Assembly: GCF_032062105.1 (NCBI RefSeq)
Contig: NW_026930070.1
Coordinates: 1 to 64,000, forward strand
Origin: Saccostrea cucullata
Lineage: Eukaryota
Length of the DNA: 64,000 nt
Direction: 5' to 3'
In this document: piece after piece, positions 12,681 through 25,330 of the stretch
How positions within the stretch are numbered: position 1 is the stretch's first letter
How the letters are laid out: each line of letters starts with the position of its first letter
Made by a program: the position numbers and the translations under genes
Notes under the pieces: generated by a model
Databases searched by the model: none
Seen by the model: only the letters and a program-made list of their open reading frames with translations
Told to the model about the DNA's origin: nothing

Positions 12681-15356
12681 TAGGGCCCCCTTGCCCTATA
12701 GTGATCAGTCTGTCCGTCCTTCTGTCCGTCCGTCCGAGATCGCTTGTTAGGAGCATATCTTCTCTCTCCATGGCCCAATCTGGGTCATACTTCACCAACA
12801 GGGTGCCTTTGGGTAAACGGTGTGCAGTGACCTTGAATCTTGTCTCTAGGTCAAAGGTTAAGGTCATAGCAGAATTATTGAAAAATCTTGTCCGGTGCGT
12901 ATCTTCTCTCTCCTTGGCCCAATCTGGCTCATACTTCACCCACAGAGTGCCTTTGGGTAACCGGTGTGCAGTGACCTTGGACCATGTGTCTAGGTCAAAG
13001 GTCAATGTCATAGCAGAATTTTATGAAAAATCCTCCTTGTCCGGAGCATATCTTCTATTAGCTGCAGATCTGTAGCTCTCCGGAAAAAATATATTGATAA
13101 ACCGGACAGCTACAGTGCCACCCATTGAAAAAACTGTATATTTATTGGGCACAAAAAAGTGCACTCCATTCTAGATTTATTTCTCAATGTTTTTGAGTTG
13201 GCTCGCGTAGCGAGCTACTCCCTGTCGACATAGCCGTTTCAGAGCTGTAAAAATTTTCACGCATTCATCAAGGTGATCCATACGCCAAATATAATAGTTC
13301 TAGCAAAAAATGCTTTGGTTTGAGTGATTTTATAAACTTAAGAGGTAAAAGGTAAAAACTGAATAAAATTTCATACTGTAACATTATTTTTGCCTCATAT
13401 GCTTTTAAAGAAATTTTTGATTAAATACCTGTATGATGTAAAATTACTGCGTATGAATATATGTTCAAGCATGTTAGGCGGATCTAATCTTCCCATCTGA
13501 AGTTTATTTATAATTGACTTAGAATACTCTCTAACACAAACACCTGATGCTCTCATTAGCTGCAGCTAGTTGTTGCTGAAAATCTATATTTAGAATCCAG
13601 ATTTGCTGTGGGAATCTTTAACCTAATTATCCCATAACACTGACCACTTCAGCTAATGTGCTGAAATTCATTATAGAATCCAGTCAAAACAATATGGAAG
13701 CCCATTAGTGCCAACCTGTATATATAAAGGAAACGCAATATATACACTCTATTTATGAACCGAACATGTATCAGACATATAATATTCAATCTCTTAAGAT
13801 GCAAAATAAACCGAATATATTCAGGTATGGTGCCCATATGATTGTATGAAAAAGCTCAATTGACTTGAGCGAGTCATCTCGCAGGCCCTTCAGGCCTTTG
13901 ATGAAAATTGTAATATCATAAATATTGCTAACCATGTGCTCCTTCTTTTGCTGTTTCCACAACTTAACAGTGTGCAGTGACCTTGAACCATGTTTCTAGG
14001 TCAAAGGTTAGGGTCATAACAGAGTGATATGAAAAATCTTTGTCTGCAGCATATCTTCTCTCTTGGCCCAATCTGGATCATACGTCACCCAAAGAATGCC
14101 TTTGGGTAACCAGTGTGCAGTGATCTTAAACCATATTTCTGGGTCAAAGATGAAGGTCATAGCAGAATTTTATGAAAAATTCTTCGCCTGAGCATATCTT
14201 CTCTCTCCTTGGCCCAATATGGATCATACTTCACCCAAAGAGTGCCTTTGGGTAACCAGTGTGCAATGACCTCGAACCATGCTTCTAGGTCAAAGTTCAA
14301 GGTCAAAGCAGAATTTTATGAAATATTCTTGGCCGGAGCATATCTTCTCTCTCCTTGGCCCAATCTGGCTCATACTTCACCCACAGAGTGCTTTCGGGTA
14401 CGTAGTGTGCAGTGAAGTTGAATCATGGTTCTAGGTCAAAGGTCAAGGTCATAGCAGAATTATATGAAAAAACCTTGTCTGGATCATAACATCTCTTTCC
14501 GTGGCTCAATCTGGCTCTTACTTTACCTGTGGATTGTCTTTTGGGTAGAGGGTGTGCAATGACCTTGAGGAAAGTTTCAAGGTCAAGTGTCAAGGGTCAA
14601 AAATAGCCGTTCTAATTAAATTCTTTGGAGCATATTTTCACTTTCTTGGCTTTATCTGGCCCATGCTTCACAAACACAGTGCCTTTGGGTAACTAAATGT
14701 AATGTGCAGTGATCTTGAACCATTTTCTAGGTCAGAGGTCAAGGTCATAGCAGAATTATCTGAAATATCCTTGTCAAGGTTATATCTTCTCATTGGTCCA
14801 ATCTGGCTCAAACTTCACCCACAGAGTGCCTTTAGATAACTGATGTGCAGTGACCTTGAACCATGTTTCTTGGTCAGAGGTTAAGACCAGAGCAGAATTA
14901 TGTGTCAATCCTTGTTTGCAGCGTATTTTTTCTCCTATTTGTCCAGTGTTGCTCAAACGTCACTTACAGAGTGTCTTTGGTCAGTGAATGTGCAGTGATG
15001 ATCTTGAACAAAGTTTCTAGGTCAAGGGTCAAGGTCAAAAAAAGCCTCTCGTTTTAAAGTCTTTGTTCGCTGAGTAATTTCTTTTCCTGAAGTCCACTCA
15101 GCCTCAAACAAATTGATTGGATATGGAACATTTGTGATTTTCCTTCCATATTATGATAGAGGATATGCAACAATTTTTATAGAGGATACATTTCTAAAAG
15201 TTTTTAAATTGTATTATTTTTCAGGAAGTAATACTTTTTGGCCCATTTTTTCTAAACACCTTTAAAATAAACCCTTTTCAGCTACGTTACATTTTCATGT
15301 TCATTGCTAAAAGCGGGGTCCTTTGAGATGGCCACCATCTCAATGATATCCAGTTG
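12681..15356 (+). mobile_element. Helentron/HINE-like element with ~144-bp tandem units, interrupted by an unrelated ~0.9-kb segment (13059-13970)
   Basis: GTCC microsatellite then ~10 units of GTGCAGTGACCTTGAACC..AGGTCAAAGGTCAAGGTCATAGCAGAATT; ends with the GAGATGG..CCATCTC hairpin. Confidence 0.7.
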
Positions 15357-15386
15357 ACAATGTAGAGAGTAAAAATAAATCAACCA

Positions 15387-15782
15387 TTTTTAGCCCACCT
15401 GAGCTGAAGGCTCAAGTGAGCTTTTGTCTCCCAGTGTATGTCGGATTAGACAGGTTTCACTGTATATAGGAACAATTTTAAAAAATCTTCTCAAGAACCA
15501 CTAGGCCAGAAAATCTTAAACTTATGTGGAAGCATCCTGGGGTAGTTTAGATTTCAAATTGTTCAAATCATGACCCCCAGGGGGTAGGGCGGGGCCACAA
15601 TGGGGAATCAATGTTTGCAATTGGGAATCAAAGAATCCTATGGAAGTGTATATTTCAAATTGTCTAAATTATGATCAGTTGGGTAGGGTGGGTCACAATA
15701 TGTATTACAAGGGGGATATCTGGTTATGAACAGAATGGTAAAAGCTTCCAAGGTGAGCGATGTGGCCCATGGGTCTCTTGTT
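15387..15782 (+). mobile_element. Second Cg170-like Helentron/HINE copy
   Basis: Same termini as 5600-6256 (TTTTTAGCCCACCTGAGC ... GGTGAGCGATGTGGCCCATGGGTCTCTTGTT). Confidence 0.75.
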
Positions 15783-16000
15783 TGGAAGGTGACTATAAAT
15801 AGGTGTTGATGAGTGCTGTATTAGATCCATCTGCTGCAAATTAACTGGAGTGAAGTGTGTTGAAACTCAGAGTTCAGCTTAAAATTAAAAATTCAAACTT
15901 TGACTGCTCATATACTGTTGATAAATTTTCGTGGGCATTAGAGTTCTTTATTTGTTATCTAAAAATGTTTCGTGGACATAAAAAAAATGGGTGGACTTAA

Positions 16001-18945
16001 GGTAGGTCGCGGGTTACTGCATAAAAATTCTTACGAGAAAACATATCCTAAAAATTTGATATAATGTTCCTTAGAATTCATAGCGTAATATCTGCAATTT
16101 TTATTAAATTTACCTACATATGTACGTAGTTTTAATTAGGGATGTCAACGAATATTCGAGTACTCGACTATCGTTCGATCATACCGACTATCGACTAAAA
16201 TTTCTTTAGTCGGTTATTCGTTAAAAATGTGTTTCATCAAAGTAATTTTGAATTCAAGGCAATAAACTTATATTTGCCCATTTCATTATTTACAGATGAA
16301 TATTTTCCTATGTAAAATTAAGGGTATGGTATAAGTGCTCAAAGGAAATTATTTGTACATCGATGTATGTTCGGCGAACATGTCTTCAAAATCTACAGTT
16401 TTGGTATAGCTTAAAAAAAGGTAAACAGTGTTATCAAGGTTATGTGAAACAGAACTTGTACTCTGCAGTGTAACATCAAACATGGTGTATCATATGCCAA
16501 ATCAGTCAAACATTTACACAGACTTCAAGTGAAACTTTCCTAAAGTGAAGTTCTTCGCAAAAATGACAAAAAAGCATATTACGAAAGAAAATCTAACATG
16601 TTTATAAATAATTAATGAACTCTTCCTGTTTTAAATGGAGAGGGCATTTGTTTAGTTTTGTAGATTCAAACTAAAACTGACGTGATACAACTATCCAGAA
16701 AGAATATTTTGAATTAAACGGCTATTACAAAATTGTAAATACATGTACATTGGGGTCAGTTACATTGTATGAGAGTTATGATCAGTAATTAAACCGTGTT
16801 TTCTTTTTCTGATATTAATTTCATACAATCATTGATTGTTTGCACAAAATTTCATAATTAAGATTTATCCCAAGCTCTCGCTCTCTTTTTGTTTTTATAA
16901 GAGACACGCTTTAATTGTTTACCTGTCAAAGATCATTGACGGACACGTAGAAATTGGCTTCAATTATGCGGTACATGTACTACCGTTATGTAAAGGAAGG
17001 ACACATTCGAGCGTTTGATATTTTGCATTTAGATAAAATGTGCAGCTAATATATTAATTTTGAAATTAAATACATTGGATTCATATTGACGAACAGTTTT
17101 TATAATTGTACTACATGCATGTTTACAATTCAGAAATTCATTGGATAATGGTGATAGCGTAGGTTAAATATCGTAAACTATTTTGTAAAAGACAAACAAT
17201 GAAAATGATATTTTAAAAAAAAATCAAAATTAAACGAGTATTCGACTATCGTTCGACTAAAGCATCCGACTATTCGACTAAGCTGTCCGAGTAAAATTGA
17301 CATCCCTAGTTTTAATGCAATGTTACTGTAAACGCGGTATAGTTGTTAGTACTTTTTTCACGCTTTACTATTGAAATGTATGGAAAAATGACGTTTTTGT
17401 GAAAATAGTTTCTTTTAAAAAGGTTGGATAACATTTTAAAGACGTAGACGAATTAGTGAGGAATTTCAAAGTGTCAAGATGAGGTAAAATCAAAACTATT
17501 AATATAAAAAAATCAATATGTCTTCTCGCTAGATTTTTTGCTAAATAATTTCAAAGTTTTCTGTTATACTGCTAAAATGTTGTGTTTATGGCGTTATTAA
17601 TATCTACAGCGTCATTCGTTGAACGTAGTCACGTTAACAGTACGAGTATAAATATCTTGACCTTTGGAATATGCAAGAATTAGAAGGTGACATCGATACA
17701 AAAGTTAATTTTATTCATCATTTAATTTATTGCAGGGACATATTAGGATGACCAGCAACTTATTGAAATTCGTATTCTGATAACAGTCAGAATGAACGAT
17801 ATAAATATATAAATCCTCGTGCAGCGACATTAACATGCAGCGACAATGTTCAACGCGAGTGAAAAAATATTAGTACATGTTCCCGTATTTTTATGAAATT
17901 CATGGTCAATAGGATTTCAGGCATAAATAAAAAATTTGATCACTTTATTTGAAAACGGTAAGAAAAACATTCCGGTACTGAGGAAATAAACCATCCCGAT
18001 ACTGAATATAAGCGCGCGGGTGGGGGTGTACCTGCAATGTTCTTTCTATATTAGTCGCAAGCTATAGTATATGCCACAAAATCTCAACCATTTGTTAATT
18101 TCGAATTCGCTGAATCAAATTTCAAAACACAAAATGTAAAACACACTTGCATTTAGCTTTTACACGTTGAGCTTTTGTTATAAAAAAAAATACAGAAAAA
18201 ATGACTTGTAAATTGTTTACAGTGTTTAATAAGTCTTACAGTCCAGGGTGTTTGAAAAAAATTGATTTTTAAATGCATTTCACAATTTATAAGCAAGCAA
18301 AACAAGGCGAGTGCACAAGATTTAAATACATAATCACAACCAAACAATAATGATGATGATAATTTTAAAAACCCCAGGAAAATACATGTTATTAAATTTA
18401 ACCCATTTTTAGTGATGAGGATTGATTTCGTCCTGAAAAGTATACGCATATTTTCGCCCCAACTTTTATTTGTAGCTATGATACAATACGCATGTTCCCC
18501 TGATTTTCAAATAACGTGCGCACATACAATCCCTCAAGTTTCCCGCTTTATTCATGATAACTTTCTTTCTGCAAGCCATAACCTTTACGCTGATTTATTC
18601 TGATTGACTTCTAGCAGTTTAGTTACACTTAAAAGAAAATAAATCATTGCTTTCATTTGGTACTGTATTTAATTAGTCCTAAGATATTACATATAATAAC
18701 ACCATAATTCAGACTGAAATACAATTATAAAACATGTACGAGGTTTACATACAAAAGCATGCACTTTGTATTAATATACTTGATTCATACATACTTGAAG
18801 TCATTTGCAGAGAATTAAACGGGAAACAACGTAACGTTGCCTTTGTGACGTAACTGACGTCATAATCAAATGTGCACAAAACAACTGCTCGAATCGTTGA
18901 AATTGTGTACCAAAATTGATGACAAAAGCAACCCCGCGACCTACC
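16001..18945. mobile_element. Non-autonomous Kolobok-like DNA transposon
   Basis: 13-bp perfect TIR GGTAGGTCGCGGG with TTAA TSD on both sides. Confidence 0.82.
16137..17308. mobile_element. Non-autonomous hAT element
   Basis: 12-bp TIR TAGGGATGTCAA, perfect 8-bp TSD GTTTTAAT, subterminal CGACTA repeats. Confidence 0.88.
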
Positions 18946-20234
18946 TTAACGCCCTATTTTGGATCTTTTTGCGACTCCTCTACCAAGCTGAAAATGAAGT
19001 GAATCCCAAATATATTACAAGCAATGGAAAGAGCTACATATACTTGGTTATATTAGGTGGAACATTATTGCAAAAACAATGCCCTATTGTTATGTATCAA
19101 CATTGAAGCAACGATACACGAGTGTCGTCTTCCGGAATTCTACATGTATCCGTAGTGGTTTTTATGTCCCACAATCAATATTTATAAGAGGCGGGGGTAT
19201 CGATCGGCGTCATTGTTGACATCTCTCTCTCTATCTTTCTCTCTCTCTCCAAAAATTTGAATACGTGTTTAGCATATTACGGCAATGTCAATATGAAATT
19301 ATTTTAAAAATGTGATGACACACAAATTAAAACATTATTTAATTTGCCAAATTTTGAAAACGGCAACAAAACATTCTCAAAGACACAATTTAGATTGAGG
19401 TCAGGTTGAAGAATACAATGTAACTTTTTTTGACGAGTACACTCGCAGGTGGACATCACGTGACGAATTGTAATATTTAACAGGTCAATCGCAGTCATAA
19501 CAATGGAAGAGAGAAGTTTATTTTGAACATGTTTTTTGTAAAATTAAATGTGAGCGCATGTTTGTCGGCACTTCTCCTTTAAATATAACATTATTTTGTT
19601 TAATATACAACTACAGTTTTCTTAAGAACAGCCGACAAACATGTGCTGACTATGAATTCAGATGATAAAAACGCGTGACCCTGATTATCTATTGATATTC
19701 AAGAAATCTTCAGGCACCATGCCTTAGATATTTATTTAGTTTACTTCGAAAAGATCGTTTTAAATTCACGTCCGTACCATGAATACACAGTTAAGATATT
19801 GGGGGTTTATATGATGGAAAAAATAAAGATTTTATGAAACTTAAATTTACGGCATTTTTTCTGGCCAGTTAAGTCCACCCATTCTTTCCATGTTTCGAAA
19901 TTAAACAAATGCAAAATATAGTCATATAAAATTTCTTGTGGCAATTGTTATCGACGAAATAAACGAAATTTAACGCCCTACGAATATTTCTACTTCTACA
20001 GTACTTCCTCCCACCAATACCAAAAATAAATATAGGGGATATGCATTAGTAATTGTCCCTGTATATTTATTGAATGGGTTCAATGGCAATATGTATAAGT
20101 CGGATCAGTGACAAGATGTAGATGTAGCCCAAATCTGTTTTAATATACCTTTTGAAATAAAATAAAATAAATAAAAAGAAAGTAATTTTCATAAAAATGG
20201 TGCCCAAAAAATCTTATTTATTTTTTTTTTTCAG

Positions 20235-20279
20235 GTGAAATTAAAACGCCAGAGTCTGTAATCCCTTTGAATGTCAGAG
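20235..20279 (+). CDS. Coding exon 3 (45 nt, phase 1-1; GEIKTPESVIPLNVR)
   Basis: T-rich tract + CAG acceptor, G|GTATGT donor, open frame joining exon 2 to the NTPase exon. Confidence 0.75.
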
Positions 20280-20377
20280 GTATGTTGGTGATTTCAAAAA
20301 CAAAAACTGGCAAAGTGAAATAATTTGCACAAAATTCGTTAACCTTGACTTTTTTTCAGTCAAAACCAAATATTGTA

Positions 20378-21275
20378 CAGTTTAACACACTTTTTAAACT
20401 GGCAGGGTTTTTTGCACAAATTAAAGTCATATTTTTCTTGCAATAAAATTTAAAATTATCGAGTTTCAGTACACGACACAACCATTATATTATTAAATAT
20501 TTCGTGTTAAAGGTGCAAAGTCTCCACAATCATTATCTTAAGTTTCAAAAGTCAATGTTCGTAAAAAGAATTTGTTTATAGATTGTACAATGTTAAATGT
20601 GTATGATTCTATCATAGGTATTTACAAATTAATTGATTTTTTTATACTATTTGCTTGAATACAGCACCGAAAAATGACAAAACTGCATAAAGAAATCATT
20701 TAAAAGGATTGGATGATAAAGTGTTATTTATCTTTCAACATAGTTAATTGTAATTATTGAAAAGAAAAGTATTTTAAATTTATGGTCTGAAAATTTTGAA
20801 TTCTGCGTTGAAAAGTATCTTTCAAGATTCTATATTTCAGGAAGTTAAGCTGAAAAATGCCATCCTTTTAGTATGGAAAGCAGTTGAACAGATGAGAAAT
20901 ACTAATTTCATCTTGCGTTTAGTGTCATATTTATGTACAGAAAATACAGAAGTTACATGATTCGCATTGTTTTTCTATCAAAAGGCAAGGCAAAAATATG
21001 CTTTAACATGTCTGAACGGATACCAAGATCATTGCATTTGACGAGAAACCATAAAAAAACCATTTGGAAACTCTCATTAAATATTATGAAGAGCATGTAA
21101 AAATCCTACAAATTATTGCGTGTAATTTATGTTTAAAGTAACGGAATAAAATCAAAATCAAGTTAGAAATCATTTCTAAAATATATTTTGTTGTTACGTA
21201 ACACAATTTTGCATCATAACAATGTGACTTCAATTTGTGCAAAAACCATGTCAGTTTAAAAAGTGTATTGAGCTG
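20378..21275. mobile_element. Tc1/mariner-type MITE (TA TSD, ~55-bp TIR)
   Basis: TA|CAGTTTAACACACTTTTTAAACTG...CAGTTTAAAAAGTGTATTGAGCTG|TA; the paralogous site at ~30370 is empty. Confidence 0.8.
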
Positions 21276-21464
21276 TATTTACATTATTGTTTATATTTCC
21301 ATGGTGGCAATAGACATTCTGAAATACATTATTAGAATAAATTATATATATTTCTTTCTTCAGAACTGTGTAAGGAATAAGACATTATAAAATCTCCATT
21401 TTTTGCTTTAGTATATGTAAAAGAACTATTTTTTCTTGATAATTAACATTATTTGTCTCAGTCG

Positions 21465-21662
21465 CTCGCACGGAACAGTGGTTAGAACGTCTCCTGTAGA
21501 GTCACTAAAAGCTGAACCTTATGTACCAGGGTCAAATCCACTACAGGAGTATAGACTGGTCCTTCCGATGAAACCTTTTTAACTCAGTCACTAGGCAATG
21601 GTGCCTCTAAAAATTGGGAATGCCATGATGTCTAGTTTAAAGCATAAACCAAAGTCAATCGT
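21465..21662 (+). mobile_element. Degenerate tRNA-derived SINE
   Basis: A-box-like AGTGGTTAGAACG, B-box-like GGGTCAAATCC, tail TAAACCAAAGTCAATC. Confidence 0.4.
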
Positions 21663-21927
21663 TGGAAAGTTGTTGCATGATGCTCAGGCTAACTATATAT
21701 ATAACTATAAGGCCCATGGGCCTCTCGTTAAATATAGAACAGAAATCCATAAATTGCTGCACTTCCTCAAATTCAACCCTGCTTACTTATCTTTCTTAAA
21801 TAATACTTCATTAAGCATTTGCTTATTTTGCATGTGTTAAACGATGAATTATTGGGAAATCTGGATAATTACATTATTGACAAGATAAAAAAAATATAGA
21901 ATAAACTGCTGAAACAATTTATTTTAG

Positions 21928-24900
21928 ATATTTTTGAAAAAGATATAAAACTATGGAAAGAGGAAGATGGGGTTTACAGTGAAAGCCACAGTTTCCCTGC
22001 AATGTTGGATCAAGTCAAAAAGCAACCTTACATGACATTTGTTGGTATCCCAGGATCAGGAAAATCAGCAACCATTCACCACATAGCCCTGATACTCCAG
22101 AAGGAAGAATACGAGGTTGTACCAATTATAGACATCAGGAAGATTGAAGATTATTCTGACTCTCGTCATCCACAGGTTTTTGTCATTGATGATGTGGTAG
22201 GTGTTTTAGGTCTGCAAAAGCAAAAGTTAGAGTCATTGATAGACTATGAAAAAAGAATTTCAGGTCCTTCCAATAGAAATACAAAGGTATTAATGTCATG
22301 TAGGGAAGCAGTGTTTAATGAATGTTAAAAATCATTTTTCTCAAATGAAAAAAACACAATTAAGATGCATTGTTCCAAAAATGCATTGAACAATGAAGAT
22401 AAAAAAGCCATCCTTCAGAAACACGGCTTGGATAGAGAGTTGTTGACCCCTGCATTACTGGAAGACACATTGGGTATGTTTCCTCTGTTGTGTAAACTAT
22501 ATTCAAAAGAGGAGAAATTTAGAAAAAATGTTGAAAGGTTCTTTACCCGTCCAGCTGAATGTATTTTAGAAGAATGTGATAAAATGCAAGTGCAAAATAG
22601 TTTATGCTATTATACATTGGTCTTGTGCATGTTAAATGACAATAAACTATCAAAAGAAATATTGAAAAACACTGGAAACGCAGTTTTCTGGGAGATGAAA
22701 TCAAAAGTATTAGAATGTTGTGAAGTTGAAAGTAACACTGATGCATTTAAATTTGTAAAAGCATTGGCAGCTATGGAGGGGACTTACACAAAACTTTGTG
22801 GTACTGAGTACACCATTATTCATGACTCTGTATTTGAAATCCTTTCATATCATTTTGGTTCTCAGTTTCCAGATCTTCTTTTGCAATATATTAGCAGTGG
22901 TTACATTGCTAATAACGTGAAAGTACAAGAAGATAAAGGAGAGTCGGAGGTTGAATGTAAACAAGTTGAAAATGAAGAGTTTAATGGTCAGGAGAATAAA
23001 ACATTAAGTAGTGAAAGAAGCCAGGATTTGTTTGATCTCTGTCTTAGGTTAAGAGAGGATAAGTATCCAATGTTAGCAGAGCGTTTGTACAGAGACATAG
23101 AAAATATGGAGCTGTACGATGTTTTTATGAATAATATTTTGAAACATCCTAAGGTGTGTCAGGCTTTTATTGAGCTGTTAGAGACCAAGTCTTACACTGA
23201 GTTAAAGGCTTTATTCCTGTCAGAACAGAAAGATGTATCTAAGGTTGTGAGTAAAAGAGAGCGTGTGAGTGAGAAGATTGAGAAGAGGAATGAGAGGAGC
23301 AGGGAATGGCGCAGACAGAGGGTGTTAGTGAATGAGAAATATGATGAGAATGGTGATGATAGAGAAACAACATACAGTGTGAGGGTTATCAGTTGGGTGG
23401 TTTACTACGGACACAATCAGATCCTACAATATATTTTAAAACAGACTGAATTACACAAAGAAACAAAGATTGAACTATTTTGGAATTCCTTTAGCCCCAG
23501 GTTAATATATAAAGCTAATAAAAGAGAAAATAATGTTGAAAAAAATAATGCAACAGTCAAATTATTTTTATTAAACTCCATTTATGATACAACAAATCAA
23601 AAACAGGAAAATAGTCGGTCTGTTTTTGAACATGACCGCTTATTTGTATTGAGTTGTTACAGTGGTGATTTGCAGACTGTAAAAATTTTAATCAAGTATG
23701 TCGATATAAAAATGACAAGTAAAACAACCCAATATTTGTTGAATGATACACCACTGACAGCAGCATGTTGGGGTGGACATATGAGTGTAGTGAAGGAAGC
23801 TATAGAAGCTGGGGCTGATATCAATCAACAAGGTAAGTATCATACACCACTGACAGCAGCATGTGAGGGTGGATATTTAATTGTAGTGAAGGAGCTACTA
23901 GAAGCAGGAGCTGATATCAATCCACAATGTGACCATGAAACACCACTGACAGCAGCATGTGAGGGTGGATATATGAGTGTAGTGAAGGAGCTTATAGAAG
24001 CCGGAGCTGATATCAATCCACAAGGTAAGTATCGTACACCACTGACAGCAGCATGTAAGGGTGGATATATGAGTGTAGTGAAGAAGCTTATAGAAGCCGG
24101 AGCTGATATCAATCAGCAAGGTTTGTTTTATACACCACTGACAGCAGCATGTGAGGGGGGATATACGAGTGTAGTGAAGGAACTAATAGAAGCCGGAGCT
24201 TATATCAATCAGCAAGGTAAGTATGAAACACCACTGACAGCAGCATGTGAGGGTGGACATATGAGTGTAGTGAAGGAGCTTATAGAAGCCGGAGCTGATA
24301 TCAATCACCAAGGTGAGGATGATACACCACTGACAGCAGCATGTAAGGGTGGACATATGAGTGTAGTGAAAGAGCTTATAGAAGCTGGAGCTGGTATCAA
24401 TTTACAAGGTGAGTATGATACACCACTGACTGCAGCATGTAAGGGTGGACATATGAATTTAGTGAAGGAGCTTATGGTAGCCGGAGCTGATATCAATCAA
24501 CAAGGTGAGTATGATACACCACTGACAGCAGCATATAGGGGTGGACATATGAGTGTAGTGAAGGGGCTTATAGAAGCCGGAGCTGATAACAATCCACAAG
24601 GTAAGAATCATACACCACTGACAGCAGCATGTTTTGGTGGACATATGAGTGTAGTGAAGGAGCTTATAGAAGCTGGAGCTGATATCAATCAACAAGGTAA
24701 GTATGTTACACCACTGATAGCAGCATGTTATGGTGGACATATGAGTGCAGTGAAGGAGCTTATAGAAGCCGGAGCGGATATCAATCTACAAGGTGAGTAT
24801 GATACACCACTGACAGCAGCATGTGAGGGTGGACATATGAGAGTAGTGAAGAAGCTTATAAAAGCTGGGGCTGATATCAATCAAAAAGGTGAGAATAATA

Positions 24901-25019
24901 TACCACTGACAGCAGCACGTGAGAGGGGACATATGAGTGTAGTAAAGATGTTACTAGAAGCGGGAGCAGATAACATTCTACAAGATAAGGCAGAAACACC
25001 ATTGACAACAGCATATTAA
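21928..25019 (+). pseudogene. Terminal exon copy A: nSTAND3-like P-loop NTPase + 13 ankyrin repeats, one in-frame TAA at 22326-22328
   Basis: Acceptor TTTTAG at 21927 (phase 1), Walker A GIPGSGKS, Walker B VFVIDD, winged-helix-like IIHDSVFE; ORFs 22002 and 22365 are in the same frame; the paralog has TAC at the stop. Confidence 0.85.
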
Positions 25020-25330
25020 TGTGGACATACGAGTATAGTGAAAGAGCTGCTAGAAGCCGGAGCTGATATCTATCAGAAAAGAGTATAATACATCACTTGA
25101 TAGCAGCATGTAAGGGTGGACATATCAGTGAAGTGAAGGAGCTTACAGGAGCTGATATCGATCAAAAGAGTGACATTAATACTCCACAGACAGTAGCGTA
25201 TAATGGATGATATATTTGTGTAGGTGGGATTGTAGTGATAGGGCTTCTAGGGATAGGAACTGGTCTCAGTGAACTAAATGGGTATCATATACCACTGACA
25301 GCATCATGTCGGGTGGACATATGAGTAGCT
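23745..25330 (+). repeat. 96-bp ankyrin-coding tandem repeat (13 intact units, ~3 decayed units past the stop)
   Basis: xTPLTAACxGGHMSVVKELIEAGADINxxGxx units. Confidence 0.95.

Larger units (their letters stand above)
15989..19880. mobile_element. TIR element GGGTGGACTTAAC...GTTAAGTCCACCC flanked by AT (possibly ISL2EU/PIF-Harbinger group)
   Basis: Left TIR split at its TTAA by a later insertion; right TIR intact at 19868-19880. Confidence 0.6.
15913..20003. mobile_element. TACTGT...ACAGTA type MITE, outermost layer of a nested stack
   Basis: Termini TACTGT/ACAGTA with TTTCGTGG motifs on the left and ACGAAA motifs on the right. Confidence 0.45.

Noticed and set aside
21364-21369. Possible 6-nt microexon (CAG|AACTGT|GTAAG)
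   Set aside because: Donor is not conserved in the paralogous sequence at ~30540; no other support
23840-24740. Minus-strand ORFs over the ankyrin arrays (also 36888-38228)
   Set aside because: Shadow frames of the 96-bp repeat
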